From an uncultured Dehalococcoidia bacterium (GTDB lineage: Bacteria; Chloroflexota; Dehalococcoidia; Lucifugimonadales; UBA826): a DNA stretch of 32,000 nt. Made by a program: the position numbers and the translations under genes. Under the pieces are notes generated by a model, which saw nothing but the letters and a program-made list of their open reading frames with translations, ran no database searches and had not been told where the DNA came from. The DNA is taken from NCBI GenBank assembly GCA_964620395.1, contig CAZUHE010000002.1, positions 9,624-41,623 on the forward strand, in the 5' to 3' direction. Shown piece after piece: positions 17,185 to 25,903 of the stretch (position 1 is its first letter; every line of letters begins with the position of its first letter).

Positions 17185-17756
17185 CTTTCTTGGATAGTCA
17201 CGGATTTCATGACATCTCCTGGTTGTGCTGATGATTGAGGATCTCTTGGCGATATTCCGTTGACTACTTCCATTCCTTTGCTAACTTTTCCAAAAACACT
17301 ATGGCAAGAGTTTCCTGGCATGCCGCAATTTTTTGGTGACCCGTCCGAGTTTAATCCATCCAAATAAGAAGTTTCTGTATAAGTTATGAAAAATTGACTA
17401 CCATTTGTGCCCATCCCGTTAACTACCCCACGGTTAGCCATAGACAATATTCCTGGTCCGTCATGTCTTGCATCCGGATGAAATTCATTATCAAAGCTGT
17501 ATCCTGGTCCACCGGATCCTGTGCCTGTAGGGTCACCAGATTGTGCCATGAAGTTTGGTATGACTCGGTGGAAAGTTATACCGTCATAATATCCTTCCCT
17601 AGCGAGGAAAACGAAATTGTTTACCGTAACAGGTACCTCTTTGGCAAGCAGGTCTATCACGATTTCCCCACCTTTTTCCATTTCAATGATGGCTTGGTAT
17701 TTTTTGTTAGGGTCGATTGTCATTTTTGGAGCGTTTGTGTATTGATTGGCAGGCAA
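17181..17756 (-). CDS. Cyclophilin-type peptidyl-prolyl cis-trans isomerase
   Basis: VNNFVFLAREGYYDGITFHRVIPNFMAQSGDPTGTG, SMANRG, GSQFFIT and SVFGKV motifs. AGGAG Shine-Dalgarno 7 nt upstream. Confidence 0.92.
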   Translation of the reverse strand: MPANQYTNAPKMTIDPNKKYQAIIEMEKGGEIVIDLLAKEVPVTVNNFVFLAREGYYDGITFHRVIPNFMAQSGDPTGTGSGGPGYSFDNEFHPDARHDGPGILSMANRGVVNGMGTNGSQFFITYTETSYLDGLNSDGSPKNCGMPGNSCHSVFGKVSKGMEVVNGISPRDPQSSAQPGDVMKSVTIQES

Positions 17757-17778
17757 GGGAATTTCTCCTAGTACTTGA

Positions 17779-18270
17779 TTACATATCTTCGAAGCGTTTA
17801 ATTATATTCCTAATTCTGTCAGGTATGGGCCGCGATTTGCCAGTTTTTTGGTCAAAATTTACTGATATTATTTTCCCATTTAAAATCAATGTCTGAGTGC
17901 GTGTATGGTAGATTTGGCATTCTTGACTAACGCTGTTATTACCCATTTTAGTCGTCGATAAGTACACGTCTATGACATCATCTATTCTGGCCGGGCTTTT
18001 ATACTCCAAATTTAATTTAACAACCACCAGGTCAAATTCTTCGCGTTGTTTTTCGTCATGCAGTAATATATCCAGATTTCTAAAATATTCAGTTTCCGAC
18101 ACATCAATGAAATCTAGGTAACTTCCATAGAATGCAATTCCTTGAGCATCACATTCTTTCCATCGTACCCTCATTCTGTGTTTATGCTTGAACCTTGTAT
18201 TAGTCAAAGTGGTTTTTTTGAGTCCTCCATTACATTCATTGTACGTCCCTCCGAAACTTATCCAAAACAC
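17779..18270 (-). CDS. Hot-dog-fold acyl-CoA thioesterase (4HBT/YbgC-like)
   Basis: FKHKHRMRVRWKECDAQGIAFYGSYLDFIDVSETEYFR matches the YbgC/4HBT N-terminal catalytic region (vrv.weDtD..G.v.h..Y). The start codon is uncertain: GTG 18270 has no Shine-Dalgarno and adds about 25 residues not expected from the family pattern. Confidence 0.72.
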   Translation of the reverse strand: MFWISFGGTYNECNGGLKKTTLTNTRFKHKHRMRVRWKECDAQGIAFYGSYLDFIDVSETEYFRNLDILLHDEKQREEFDLVVVKLNLEYKSPARIDDVIDVYLSTTKMGNNSVSQECQIYHTRTQTLILNGKIISVNFDQKTGKSRPIPDRIRNIIKRFEDM

Positions 18271-18339
18271 CTTATTTAATGGTTATTAAATGGAATTAGG
18301 TGTTTAATTGATATCGATCTTTTTTAATTGGAGATATTT

Positions 18340-19122
18340 ATGACCTTCGAAGATAAAACAATATTGGTTACAGGAGCTGGTCGAGGTATAGGCAAAGCCG
18401 CGGCCATCAAGTTCGCCGAATTAGGAGGTAGACTCGTTGTATCAGATGTCAACACTCATAATTTAGAGGATACCCGTAGGGAGCTAGAGTCCCTTGGTCA
18501 AAAATGCTTTTTATACCAATTAGATGTCACGGATCTTAACCAGATAGAAAACATGGTGGACTTTGTAAAATCTGAACTTGGTTCTGTTGATATTTTGTTC
18601 AACAATGCTGGCGTAACTCAGCACATCGATTTTTTTGATATAGATGGAGACGATTGGGATCGGATTCACGAAGTGAATGCCCGAGGGGCTTTTTTTTGCA
18701 TGCAAAAAGTCGCAAAATTGATGGTGGAAACAGGGAAGGGGGGCCGGATAATCAATATGGGTTCGATTGCTGGTAAAGGTTATAGAAGAGCTTCTAATGC
18801 GGCTTATTCTGCGAGTAAAGGAGCTGTCATATCCATGACATATTCAGCGGCAAATGTTCTTTCTGAACATGATATTAATGTAAATACCATATGCCCTGGA
18901 ATGGTTGATACTGATATGATGGCGAGTATTTTGTCCTTGAGATCTGAACAAACCGGGAAGTCAGATTCAGAATTACGTGAATCCGTTACAAGTGAGATAC
19001 CGTTGGGTAGGATGAACGAAGCCAAAGATATAGTCGAGCTCGTTGTTTTTTTGGCTGGCCCGAGTTCCCGAAATATCACAGGTCAATCATTCAATATTGA
19101 TGGCGGTATGATAATGCAATAG
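18340..19122 (+). CDS. SDR family oxidoreductase (FabG/polyol-dehydrogenase-like)
   Basis: ILVTGAGRGIGKA, NNAG, YSASKGA and PGMVDT motifs. A GGAG 6 nt upstream favours ATG 18340 over the track's TTG 18328. Confidence 0.9.
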   Translation: MTFEDKTILVTGAGRGIGKAAAIKFAELGGRLVVSDVNTHNLEDTRRELESLGQKCFLYQLDVTDLNQIENMVDFVKSELGSVDILFNNAGVTQHIDFFDIDGDDWDRIHEVNARGAFFCMQKVAKLMVETGKGGRIINMGSIAGKGYRRASNAAYSASKGAVISMTYSAANVLSEHDINVNTICPGMVDTDMMASILSLRSEQTGKSDSELRESVTSEIPLGRMNEAKDIVELVVFLAGPSSRNITGQSFNIDGGMIMQ

Positions 19123-19175
19123 ACACCAATGCCAATTTCTTGATTATAGATTTTGGAGAAAATGAGAGGCTGTTA

Positions 19176-20693
19176 ATGAGTTCAACCAACGCTGCTTTTA
19201 TTGGGTTAGATGTAGGAACTACCGCAGTCAAAGCGGTGTTGGTTTTAGCAGATGGGTCAGAAATTGTTGAATATCAGTGTGAATATAGCGTTATTTCCCC
19301 ACATCAAAATTGGTATGAACAAGAACCGGAGGCATGGTGGGACGGGACCAAATCAGTTCTAGCTCGCATTGTGGACTGGATTAGGCAGTGTCCTGATCGG
19401 ATCGAAGTTAAAGCCTTGTCCGTTGCAGGACAGATGCATAGCTCCGTTTTTTTGGATAAAGATAACCAGGTTGTTCGTCCAGCTATATTATGGAATGATT
19501 CGCGAACGAGTTTACAGTGTAATGAAATCACGGATCGTATTGGCATTGATCGATTACGTGACTCTGTGGGGAACTTGGTTCTAGAAGGATTTACCGCGCC
19601 TAAAATATTGTGGCTTCTTCAAAATGAACCTCTGAATTACGAACGAACAAGAAAAATTATTATGCCCAAAGACTATGTTCGATTTCGTTTAACAGGACAG
19701 ATAGCTACCGATCCGTCTGATGCGGCAGGTACCGTTCTCTATGATGTTAAAAATTCATGCTGGTCAAAAAGAGTTATATCGCAACTTGGATTCGATCTAG
19801 ATTTGTTTCCGACAGTGATTCCCTCTGAAGAAGTTGCTGGTGTTGTTTGCACGGAAGGTTTTCGGGACACTTTGATACCCGAAGGTACTCCGGTAATTTG
19901 TGGTGGAGCGGATAATCCAATGGGTGCAATTGGAAGTGGAGTAGTGAATCCAGGGAGCATGCAGTCCAGTATAGGGACATCAGGAACTATACTTGCTCCA
20001 ACAAATACTCCTTATATCGAAGATGATATGAGGTTACATACATTCTGCCATTGCATTGCCGATACCTGGTATCTCATGGGGACGATACTATCCGCAGGCA
20101 ACTCACTGAAATGGTTGAAAAGTGTTATTTCTCCCAGTGATTCCTATGATCGCATGGTGACTAGAGCTGAGAGAGTGACACCAGGTTCAGAAGGGCTCGT
20201 TTTTCTTCCTTACCTATCTGGAGAAAGAACTCCTCATAATGATCCCTATGCTCGTGGAGCTTTTGTTGGATTAAATCTTTCCCATGGTGCGGATCATTTG
20301 ATCAGAGCGGTTTTGGAAGGTGTTTGTTTTGCACTTCGTGATTCGGTTGAGCTTATAGAAAGGTTGGGTGTCTCCTGTGAATCTCTTGTAGCGATTGGTG
20401 CTGGTGGTCAGAATAGGTTTTGGCGGAAATTACAGGCAGATATTTTTGATATGCCTGTATACGTTACTAATAGAATGGGAGGTCCGGCATATGGTGCCGC
20501 CATGGTGGCCGCAGTGGGGGCCGGAATTTTTGATGATTCTCAGGAAGTGATTCAGGAATGGATCGTCCCTAGCGATATGGTTGAACCTATACGTAATAAT
20601 GTCCTTATTTACGATGATCTGTACGCTTCTTTCCAGGGAACGTATCCATCCCTAAAGGACACCTTTACAAGGTTGAGTCAAAGTCAAAAATAA
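19176..20693 (+). CDS. xylB: Xylulokinase (FGGY carbohydrate kinase)
   Basis: FIGLDVGTTAVKAV, GQMHSSVFLD...RPAILWNDSRT, PKDYVRFRLTG, LPYLSGERTPHNDP and AVLEGVCFALRDS follow E. coli XylB closely. GAGAGG Shine-Dalgarno favours ATG 19176 over TTG 19140. Confidence 0.85.
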   Translation: MSSTNAAFIGLDVGTTAVKAVLVLADGSEIVEYQCEYSVISPHQNWYEQEPEAWWDGTKSVLARIVDWIRQCPDRIEVKALSVAGQMHSSVFLDKDNQVVRPAILWNDSRTSLQCNEITDRIGIDRLRDSVGNLVLEGFTAPKILWLLQNEPLNYERTRKIIMPKDYVRFRLTGQIATDPSDAAGTVLYDVKNSCWSKRVISQLGFDLDLFPTVIPSEEVAGVVCTEGFRDTLIPEGTPVICGGADNPMGAIGSGVVNPGSMQSSIGTSGTILAPTNTPYIEDDMRLHTFCHCIADTWYLMGTILSAGNSLKWLKSVISPSDSYDRMVTRAERVTPGSEGLVFLPYLSGERTPHNDPYARGAFVGLNLSHGADHLIRAVLEGVCFALRDSVELIERLGVSCESLVAIGAGGQNRFWRKLQADIFDMPVYVTNRMGGPAYGAAMVAAVGAGIFDDSQEVIQEWIVPSDMVEPIRNNVLIYDDLYASFQGTYPSLKDTFTRLSQSQK

Positions 20694-20730
20694 TTAACAT
20701 GAACAGTCAAACCTAGGAAATTTTATTATG

Positions 20731-21822
20731 TTAAAAAGCACCTTCTAATAAGCCAGTTGGTACCGCTAAAGGTTGTGTGCAGGCTGATTCTATTGTTACA
20801 TGATGTCCTGAATTGGATGATTCGTGGATTGACTGCATTACATCCAATATGTGAAATCCGAGTTCAGCGTCGATTCTAGATTTTCTGCCAGATCTCATTG
20901 AGGAAGCCATTTCGGATACCCCGATTCCCCGGGCCCCTTCAGGGTGAGTTAGGGGAATTTCTTTCCATGTTTTTTCTCGCCCTTTTTTTATCTGTACGGG
21001 ACCGGTGAATTTATTAGGATCAGGCACTGATAAGGTGCCTTCGGTGCCGTATATTTCGATTCGTGGTAAATCGGAACTCCAGACATCAAAGCTGGTTATA
21101 ATTGTCCCAGTAGCTCCATTCATGAATTCCAAAAGACCGGTAACATGGGTTGGAACGTCAACTTTAATCGATTTACCAGATTTAGGTCCATTGGATATCG
21201 TTCTTTCACTGAAAGACGTGCTAGTTACGCCACTTACAGTTTTAATTGGGCCAAGCAGGTTAACCAGAGCAGTCAGGTAATATGGACCCATGTCGAACAT
21301 GGGTCCCCCTCCTATCTGATAGTAAAATTCCGGGTTTGTGTGCCAGTGTTCATGGCCATGATTAACCATAAATGCAGATGCAGCAATTGGTACTCCTATC
21401 TCGCCTTTGTCTATCAAATATCTGCATGTTTGCATGCCTCCACCGAGGAAGGTGTCTGGAGCACATCCTGCCCTTAGATTGGAATCATTGGATGCCTCTA
21501 GAATTTTTAGACCTTGATCCTTGTTGATAGCGAAGGGTTTCTCAGAGTAAATGTGTTTTCCGTGTTTTAGTGCCTCTATGCTTATTTCAGCATGTGCTTT
21601 TGGTATGGTTAAATTGATAACCAGTTCAATGTTTGGATCTGAAAGCATGTCTTTAACAGACTTAGAATAAGGTATTTTGTATTCTGCGGATCGTTCCTTT
21701 GCCCTGCTTTCTATTATGTCCGAACAGCTAACCAAATCTATTCCTGGATATTTCGGTATGTTTTTGAGATATTGGTCAGCTATGTTGCCGCATCCGATTA
21801 TTCCTACCTTGGTTGTGTTCAA
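20731..21822 (-). CDS. Gfo/Idh/MocA family NAD(P)-dependent oxidoreductase (ThuB-like position)
   Basis: KVGIIGCGNIADQYL Rossmann N-terminus and EKPFA motif, 363 aa. It lies 46 nt downstream of the ThuA-like gene on the same strand. Confidence 0.9.
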   Translation of the reverse strand: MNTTKVGIIGCGNIADQYLKNIPKYPGIDLVSCSDIIESRAKERSAEYKIPYSKSVKDMLSDPNIELVINLTIPKAHAEISIEALKHGKHIYSEKPFAINKDQGLKILEASNDSNLRAGCAPDTFLGGGMQTCRYLIDKGEIGVPIAASAFMVNHGHEHWHTNPEFYYQIGGGPMFDMGPYYLTALVNLLGPIKTVSGVTSTSFSERTISNGPKSGKSIKVDVPTHVTGLLEFMNGATGTIITSFDVWSSDLPRIEIYGTEGTLSVPDPNKFTGPVQIKKGREKTWKEIPLTHPEGARGIGVSEMASSMRSGRKSRIDAELGFHILDVMQSIHESSNSGHHVTIESACTQPLAVPTGLLEGAF

Positions 21823-21868
21823 TATTTATTTTCCTTATTCGTGATGCATAGGATTTGGCGTTGTAAAT

Positions 21869-22579
21869 TTAACGACTTGCCCACAATAATCCTCTTTGAG
21901 TTATTGCCATTGCTTCAGGTACTTGAAAATCTTCGAGTTTGTGCCCTAGGGAAGAAAAAAATACTTTTCCATTTCCCCATCTCCTCTTCCATACCACTGG
22001 CATGACGCAATCTTTTATCCAATAACATTTGTAAGGGAATTTACTGCTCAACTCTTGTTCACCGTTAAATGTTGTAGTGGCCAGAACCTCATTGCTCGGA
22101 TCCACGTGCATGTAATATTGCTCTGTCTCCATATAAAAATCACTTAGCCCGTCTGTTATCAAATCCTTTTTAGGAGATATTTCTACCTTATAGCGGATGA
22201 AAGGGTCGTAGACGACTCCATCGTCATTTTCTGTAACATTGCCGGGATGGGCAACCCATTGGCCACCGACCATAAATTGATATTCGACGTTGGTTCTAAA
22301 TGAATCTCCCATACATCCATGCCAACCCGCTATTCCCACACCACTATTAATGGCCTCTAGAAGATTCGTTGTGTGTTGTCTTGGTAGGTCTCCCTGCGTC
22401 CATATCGGTACAATCAAATCCATTGATTTTAAGTAATCCACATTAAGATAACTGTCCAAATTATCGGATATAGTCACGTTATAACCTTGTTGATCAAGCC
22501 AGGGTCCGAACAATTCGGCGCATTCTTTTGGTGAATGGCCAGGCCATCCTCCCCACACTAGTAAAGCAGATTTATTCAT
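21869..22579 (-). CDS. ThuA-domain (trehalose-utilisation-like) protein
   Basis: ALLVWGGWPGH...DLIVPIWTQG...GIAGWHG pattern of the ThuA family (class I glutamine-amidotransferase-like fold). AAGGA Shine-Dalgarno upstream. Confidence 0.8.
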   Translation of the reverse strand: MNKSALLVWGGWPGHSPKECAELFGPWLDQQGYNVTISDNLDSYLNVDYLKSMDLIVPIWTQGDLPRQHTTNLLEAINSGVGIAGWHGCMGDSFRTNVEYQFMVGGQWVAHPGNVTENDDGVVYDPFIRYKVEISPKKDLITDGLSDFYMETEQYYMHVDPSNEVLATTTFNGEQELSSKFPYKCYWIKDCVMPVVWKRRWGNGKVFFSSLGHKLEDFQVPEAMAITQRGLLWASR

Positions 22580-22632
22580 GTTTAGTATCCTTTTATCGAG
22601 GTAATTTAAACGTTACGGTTATTTTTATGTGA

Positions 22633-23043
22633 ATGAGGGTAATTAAATCAATGATAGATCGAAAACAAATGTCAGGTCTGGTTTTTGTTGCGGCCTCTCT
22701 ATGTATTATGTTTATTTCCTGTTTGCCAGCGTCCAGTATACCCTCCAGTTCAGTGTCATTCGCATCAATGGATTTGATCGTCCACTCTTTAATGTACGGG
22801 GTTTTGTCGCATGTTTTTTATAGGTTTTTAAAGGATCTTTTTTATCCTCGTCAAATTGGTTTAGCCTCACTCATACTCGTAGTTTTAGTACCTTTTGTTT
22901 ATGGGGTTGTTATTGAGGCGCTGCAGAGTTTTGTTCCTGGAAGACATCCATCAATATGGGATGCCTTATTTAATCTTATCGGTTCATGCTTGTCTCTAAT
23001 TTTGATAGTTCTTTGGGCAAAGGTGAGGACAAGACAAGTATGA
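22633..23043 (+). CDS. VanZ-like small membrane protein
   Basis: 136 aa with four hydrophobic segments. H..MYGVL and IEALQSFVPGRHPSIWDALFNLIGS match the VanZ-family motif (E..Q.f.pgR..s..D...N..G). The start is uncertain. Confidence 0.7.
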   Translation: MRVIKSMIDRKQMSGLVFVAASLCIMFISCLPASSIPSSSVSFASMDLIVHSLMYGVLSHVFYRFLKDLFYPRQIGLASLILVVLVPFVYGVVIEALQSFVPGRHPSIWDALFNLIGSCLSLILIVLWAKVRTRQV

Positions 23044-23081
23044 CTTATTTAAAGTTTTTTGAGGTTTGTAATCAGGTTTAT

Positions 23082-23954
23082 TTAAACTGCCTCAGCAATT
23101 TCTTTAAAGATTTTGATGGCGTTTAGGTGCTCTTCTAAAGATTTGTATCCAGCTCCCATAGTGTTAACAGATATATGTGTTGCACCCAAATCTTTCCAAG
23201 CTGCGATTTCTCTTGCCCAGTCGTCCGGAGTTCCTTTGCTAATTGAAATCCTCGGTTCTATTCCGACGTCTGACAGTGTTCTTCCGTTTTGGAAAATGTA
23301 TGAGTTTAGTCTATCTATGATACGTTTCCCTTTTTCATCTGGGCTGAAACCCTGAGGGAACCATCCATCTCCTATTTTCGACAACCTTTTTATGACAATT
23401 TCTGAGGTGCCTCCAAACCAAATTGGGATCGGTCTTTGTGTAGGAAGAGGGTTAATTCCAGCGTCTGTTATTTTGTGCCATTTACCTTCGTAGGTTACAA
23501 GTTGATTTGTCCAAAGTTTGCGCATTACATCGATTTGCTCTTCAGATCTTCTTCCTCTGTTGCTAAAGTTTTCCCCTAATGCTTCATATTCGACTTCGTT
23601 CCAGCCTATTCCTATACCTAGTCGTAGTCTTCCTTTGCTCAAAACATCAAGGGTAGCTGCTTGCTTTGCGACTAATGTAGTCTGTCGCTGAGGCAGGATG
23701 ATAATTCCGGACACGAACTCCAGGGTACTTGTTACAGCAGAAAGAAAAGAAAACAATGTTATAGGCTCGTAAAAGGTGTCTGTATGGCGGTAAGAGCCGG
23801 TCCACTCTGGCCGGCTGTCAGCGTTTGCTCCGAGGATGTGGTCATAGGCTAGGAGATGATCATATCCCAGGGATTCAGCGGTCTGAGTGTACTCGATCAC
23901 GGCACCCTGATCGGATCCAATTTCAGTTTGGGGGAACACGACACCTTTTCTCAT
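23082..23954 (-). CDS. Luciferase-like (LLM class) flavin/F420-dependent oxidoreductase
   Basis: GYDHLLAYDHI, RLRLGIGIGWNEVEYEALG and PIWFGG are typical of LLM-class, F420-type subfamilies. GGAG Shine-Dalgarno upstream; 42 nt after the MBL gene. Confidence 0.85.
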   Translation of the reverse strand: MRKGVVFPQTEIGSDQGAVIEYTQTAESLGYDHLLAYDHILGANADSRPEWTGSYRHTDTFYEPITLFSFLSAVTSTLEFVSGIIILPQRQTTLVAKQAATLDVLSKGRLRLGIGIGWNEVEYEALGENFSNRGRRSEEQIDVMRKLWTNQLVTYEGKWHKITDAGINPLPTQRPIPIWFGGTSEIVIKRLSKIGDGWFPQGFSPDEKGKRIIDRLNSYIFQNGRTLSDVGIEPRISISKGTPDDWAREIAAWKDLGATHISVNTMGAGYKSLEEHLNAIKIFKEIAEAV

Positions 23955-23996
23955 GGGTTAACTCCGTTGGGTTTTTATGTAATTACAAACATTGTT

Positions 23997-24824
23997 TCAA
24001 CCTAAAAGCTCAAAAATGGAATCGGTTTTCTTAATTTTTCCGTCCTTTATGAGTTTTTCAAGATGGGTTGCCACATTCCTTTCGGCTGAAGGCCTCAATC
24101 CACTCTTTATGGTGTTTTTGTAAATGTGATCGGTTATTTCTGGAACCTGGCGTAGCCCTTCGCCAAGAGCTGCTATTACTTGTTTTTCTCGTTTGAGTCT
24201 ATGCCTGATCTGCCAATTTACTAGGTCTGCACCTTTGGGGGGAAGAACTACAGGGCCGTGAGCGGGACATACTATTTCGTGCTGATAGTTTGTTAGCAAA
24301 TTGAGAGAATTCAGATAGTCTGTTAAATCTCTCACGGAGGTAGAACTGGCCCCGAGAACAGTATCCCCGGTGAACATGACAGAATCTGAATCTAGATAGT
24401 AACAAACGTGATCGATTTCATGCCCTGGTGTGAACAACGCTTTCAGGGTTATTTGTCCCCCAGTTTTTATGAATTCATTTGGCTGAAGAGGGATTACCAA
24501 TTCTGGGCAACTCAGCAGTTTACCCAATTTATCTTTCAATTTTGGGTGACACCTCACAGGGGCCTTAATTGCTTCCTGAATTCTGTCCAATCCTCCTATG
24601 TGATCTGTATGCCCATGGGTGATCAGGATGGCGGAAATTTTTGGACTCCCAAGTGACTTGTAATACTGGAGAATAGACTTTGTCCATTCCCTGTCATGAT
24701 CTCCAGTGTCTATTAGAAGCATATCTTCCGATGGATCTCCAACGAAAAAATTATTACTTCCTCCTGGATGTGCTATAGAACCATCCTCAATATGCATATT
24801 GTAGACGTGTTCAGTGATCTGCAT
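23997..24824 (-). CDS. MBL-fold metallo-hydrolase (LACTB2-like, with C-terminal winged-helix-like tail)
   Basis: ILITHGHTDHIGG (HxHxDH), TPGHEIDH and downstream Asp/His ligand context. The start is reassigned to ATG 24824 (GGAGAGGGGAAA immediately upstream). The 85-aa extension of the track ORF (to 25079) has no family resemblance and would overlap the divergent gene. Confidence 0.85.
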   Translation of the reverse strand: MQITEHVYNMHIEDGSIAHPGGSNNFFVGDPSEDMLLIDTGDHDREWTKSILQYYKSLGSPKISAILITHGHTDHIGGLDRIQEAIKAPVRCHPKLKDKLGKLLSCPELVIPLQPNEFIKTGGQITLKALFTPGHEIDHVCYYLDSDSVMFTGDTVLGASSTSVRDLTDYLNSLNLLTNYQHEIVCPAHGPVVLPPKGADLVNWQIRHRLKREKQVIAALGEGLRQVPEITDHIYKNTIKSGLRPSAERNVATHLEKLIKDGKIKKTDSIFELLG

Positions 24825-24956
24825 TTTCCCCTCTCCAAAAGGTATATTTGTGATGCAGACGATTCTATCAGAAGATAGTCTTTGTACACTGTTATGGGGT
24901 GGAGATGATGAGATGTGTTGAAGTTGCCGGCCCGTGACGGTTTCAGAAGCTTCTCG
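24825..24956. promoter_or_regulatory. Divergent promoter region between the MBL/LLM unit (-) and the double hot-dog gene (+)
   Basis: 132-nt spacer once the MBL start is corrected. It contains the small palindrome CTATC-AGAA-GATAG (24865-24878). Confidence 0.35.
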
Positions 24957-25832
24957 ATGGGAAACATCATAAGGATTTATAAATTGACTACGTTTATAGA
25001 AAATAAATTTGAGGCTTATCTGGATAATGATGACAGCCCTGATATTTCCAATCCAATACATTCGACAGAAATAGCTCAAGCGTACGGTTTCAAAGGTCCT
25101 CTGATTGGAGGGGTAACGGTTTGGGGTTGGTCGGTAGATACGATCTTGGAGGCTCTTGGCCCGAAATGGTTAGAGAAAGGTTGGTCAGAGTTTTCATTTC
25201 GTTACCCAACGTTTCCTGGTGATGTACTAAAAATTACTGCTAGTAAGCTTCCTGGGAAGGAAGATTGGAATATCAAAATGACAAATCAGGTTAATGTAGT
25301 GTGTGTGGACGGTAATGTTGGCATGGGGCAACCTGAATGGACCAATGAATTTTTGAGGCCTCACTCTATGGTTCCTTTGTCCGAAGCAGCCGACAAACCT
25401 TATTTGTTTCTATCCGAATGTGATCTCAGTAATGATTGGCGCCCGGCCAAAGCAGATTTTACTGAAGAAGTATCTGCAGAATTTCATACCCATAAACAAA
25501 AAAGTACAAATCCATTGTTCACAGGGGCTCTTCCGGTAGCCCATCCGTCGTGGATTGCTGGTTGGCCGGAACAGTTACTGAGGCATAATTACAATATCCC
25601 TAGCTCTATGCACACCAGAAGTCGTATACAGCATCACAAAAAGGTGAAAAGTAATACCACTATTGTTGGGGGCGCAAAACCTATCTCGGCCTATGAACGT
25701 AAAGCCCATCACTTCATAAATTTTGATGTTCTATTACAGGATGATTTGGGAGAAGATGTGGCTCAAATTCGACACTGGACCATATTCAAAATTGCTACTG
25801 TTGAAGAACGTAAATTTTTTTCCAAAGGCTAG
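24957..25832 (+). CDS. MaoC-like / double hot-dog-fold (de)hydratase family protein
   Basis: NPIHSTEIAQAYGFKGPLIGGVTVWGW...FRYPTFPGDVL resembles the MaoC dehydratase motif (piHtd.e.A...Gf...iahG). The second half looks like a degenerate hot-dog repeat. The start is ATG 24957 or GTG 24915. Confidence 0.6.
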   Translation: MGNIIRIYKLTTFIENKFEAYLDNDDSPDISNPIHSTEIAQAYGFKGPLIGGVTVWGWSVDTILEALGPKWLEKGWSEFSFRYPTFPGDVLKITASKLPGKEDWNIKMTNQVNVVCVDGNVGMGQPEWTNEFLRPHSMVPLSEAADKPYLFLSECDLSNDWRPAKADFTEEVSAEFHTHKQKSTNPLFTGALPVAHPSWIAGWPEQLLRHNYNIPSSMHTRSRIQHHKKVKSNTTIVGGAKPISAYERKAHHFINFDVLLQDDLGEDVAQIRHWTIFKIATVEERKFFSKG

Positions 25833-25851
25833 CATTCATATGGGTCTGGGA

Positions 25852-25874
25852 GTTTAATTCAGGTGGTGAATTAA
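25852..25874. terminator. AT-only hairpin TTTAATTC-aggtggt-GAATTAAA in a convergent spacer (possible weak bidirectional terminator)
   Basis: Perfect 8-bp inverted repeat with a 7-nt loop, read directly from the sequence. There are no G:C pairs, so it is thermodynamically weak. Confidence 0.2.
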
Positions 25875-25903
25875 AAGTAACAGTTTTCTTGAACCATCCC
25901 AAT

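Noticed and set aside
24825-25079. 85-aa N-terminal extension of the MBL-fold ORF given in the track (start 25079)
   Set aside because: The extension has no family resemblance and is low in complexity. It would overlap the divergent hot-dog gene, and an internal ATG at 24824 has a strong GGAGAGGGG Shine-Dalgarno and gives a normal MBL N-terminus.
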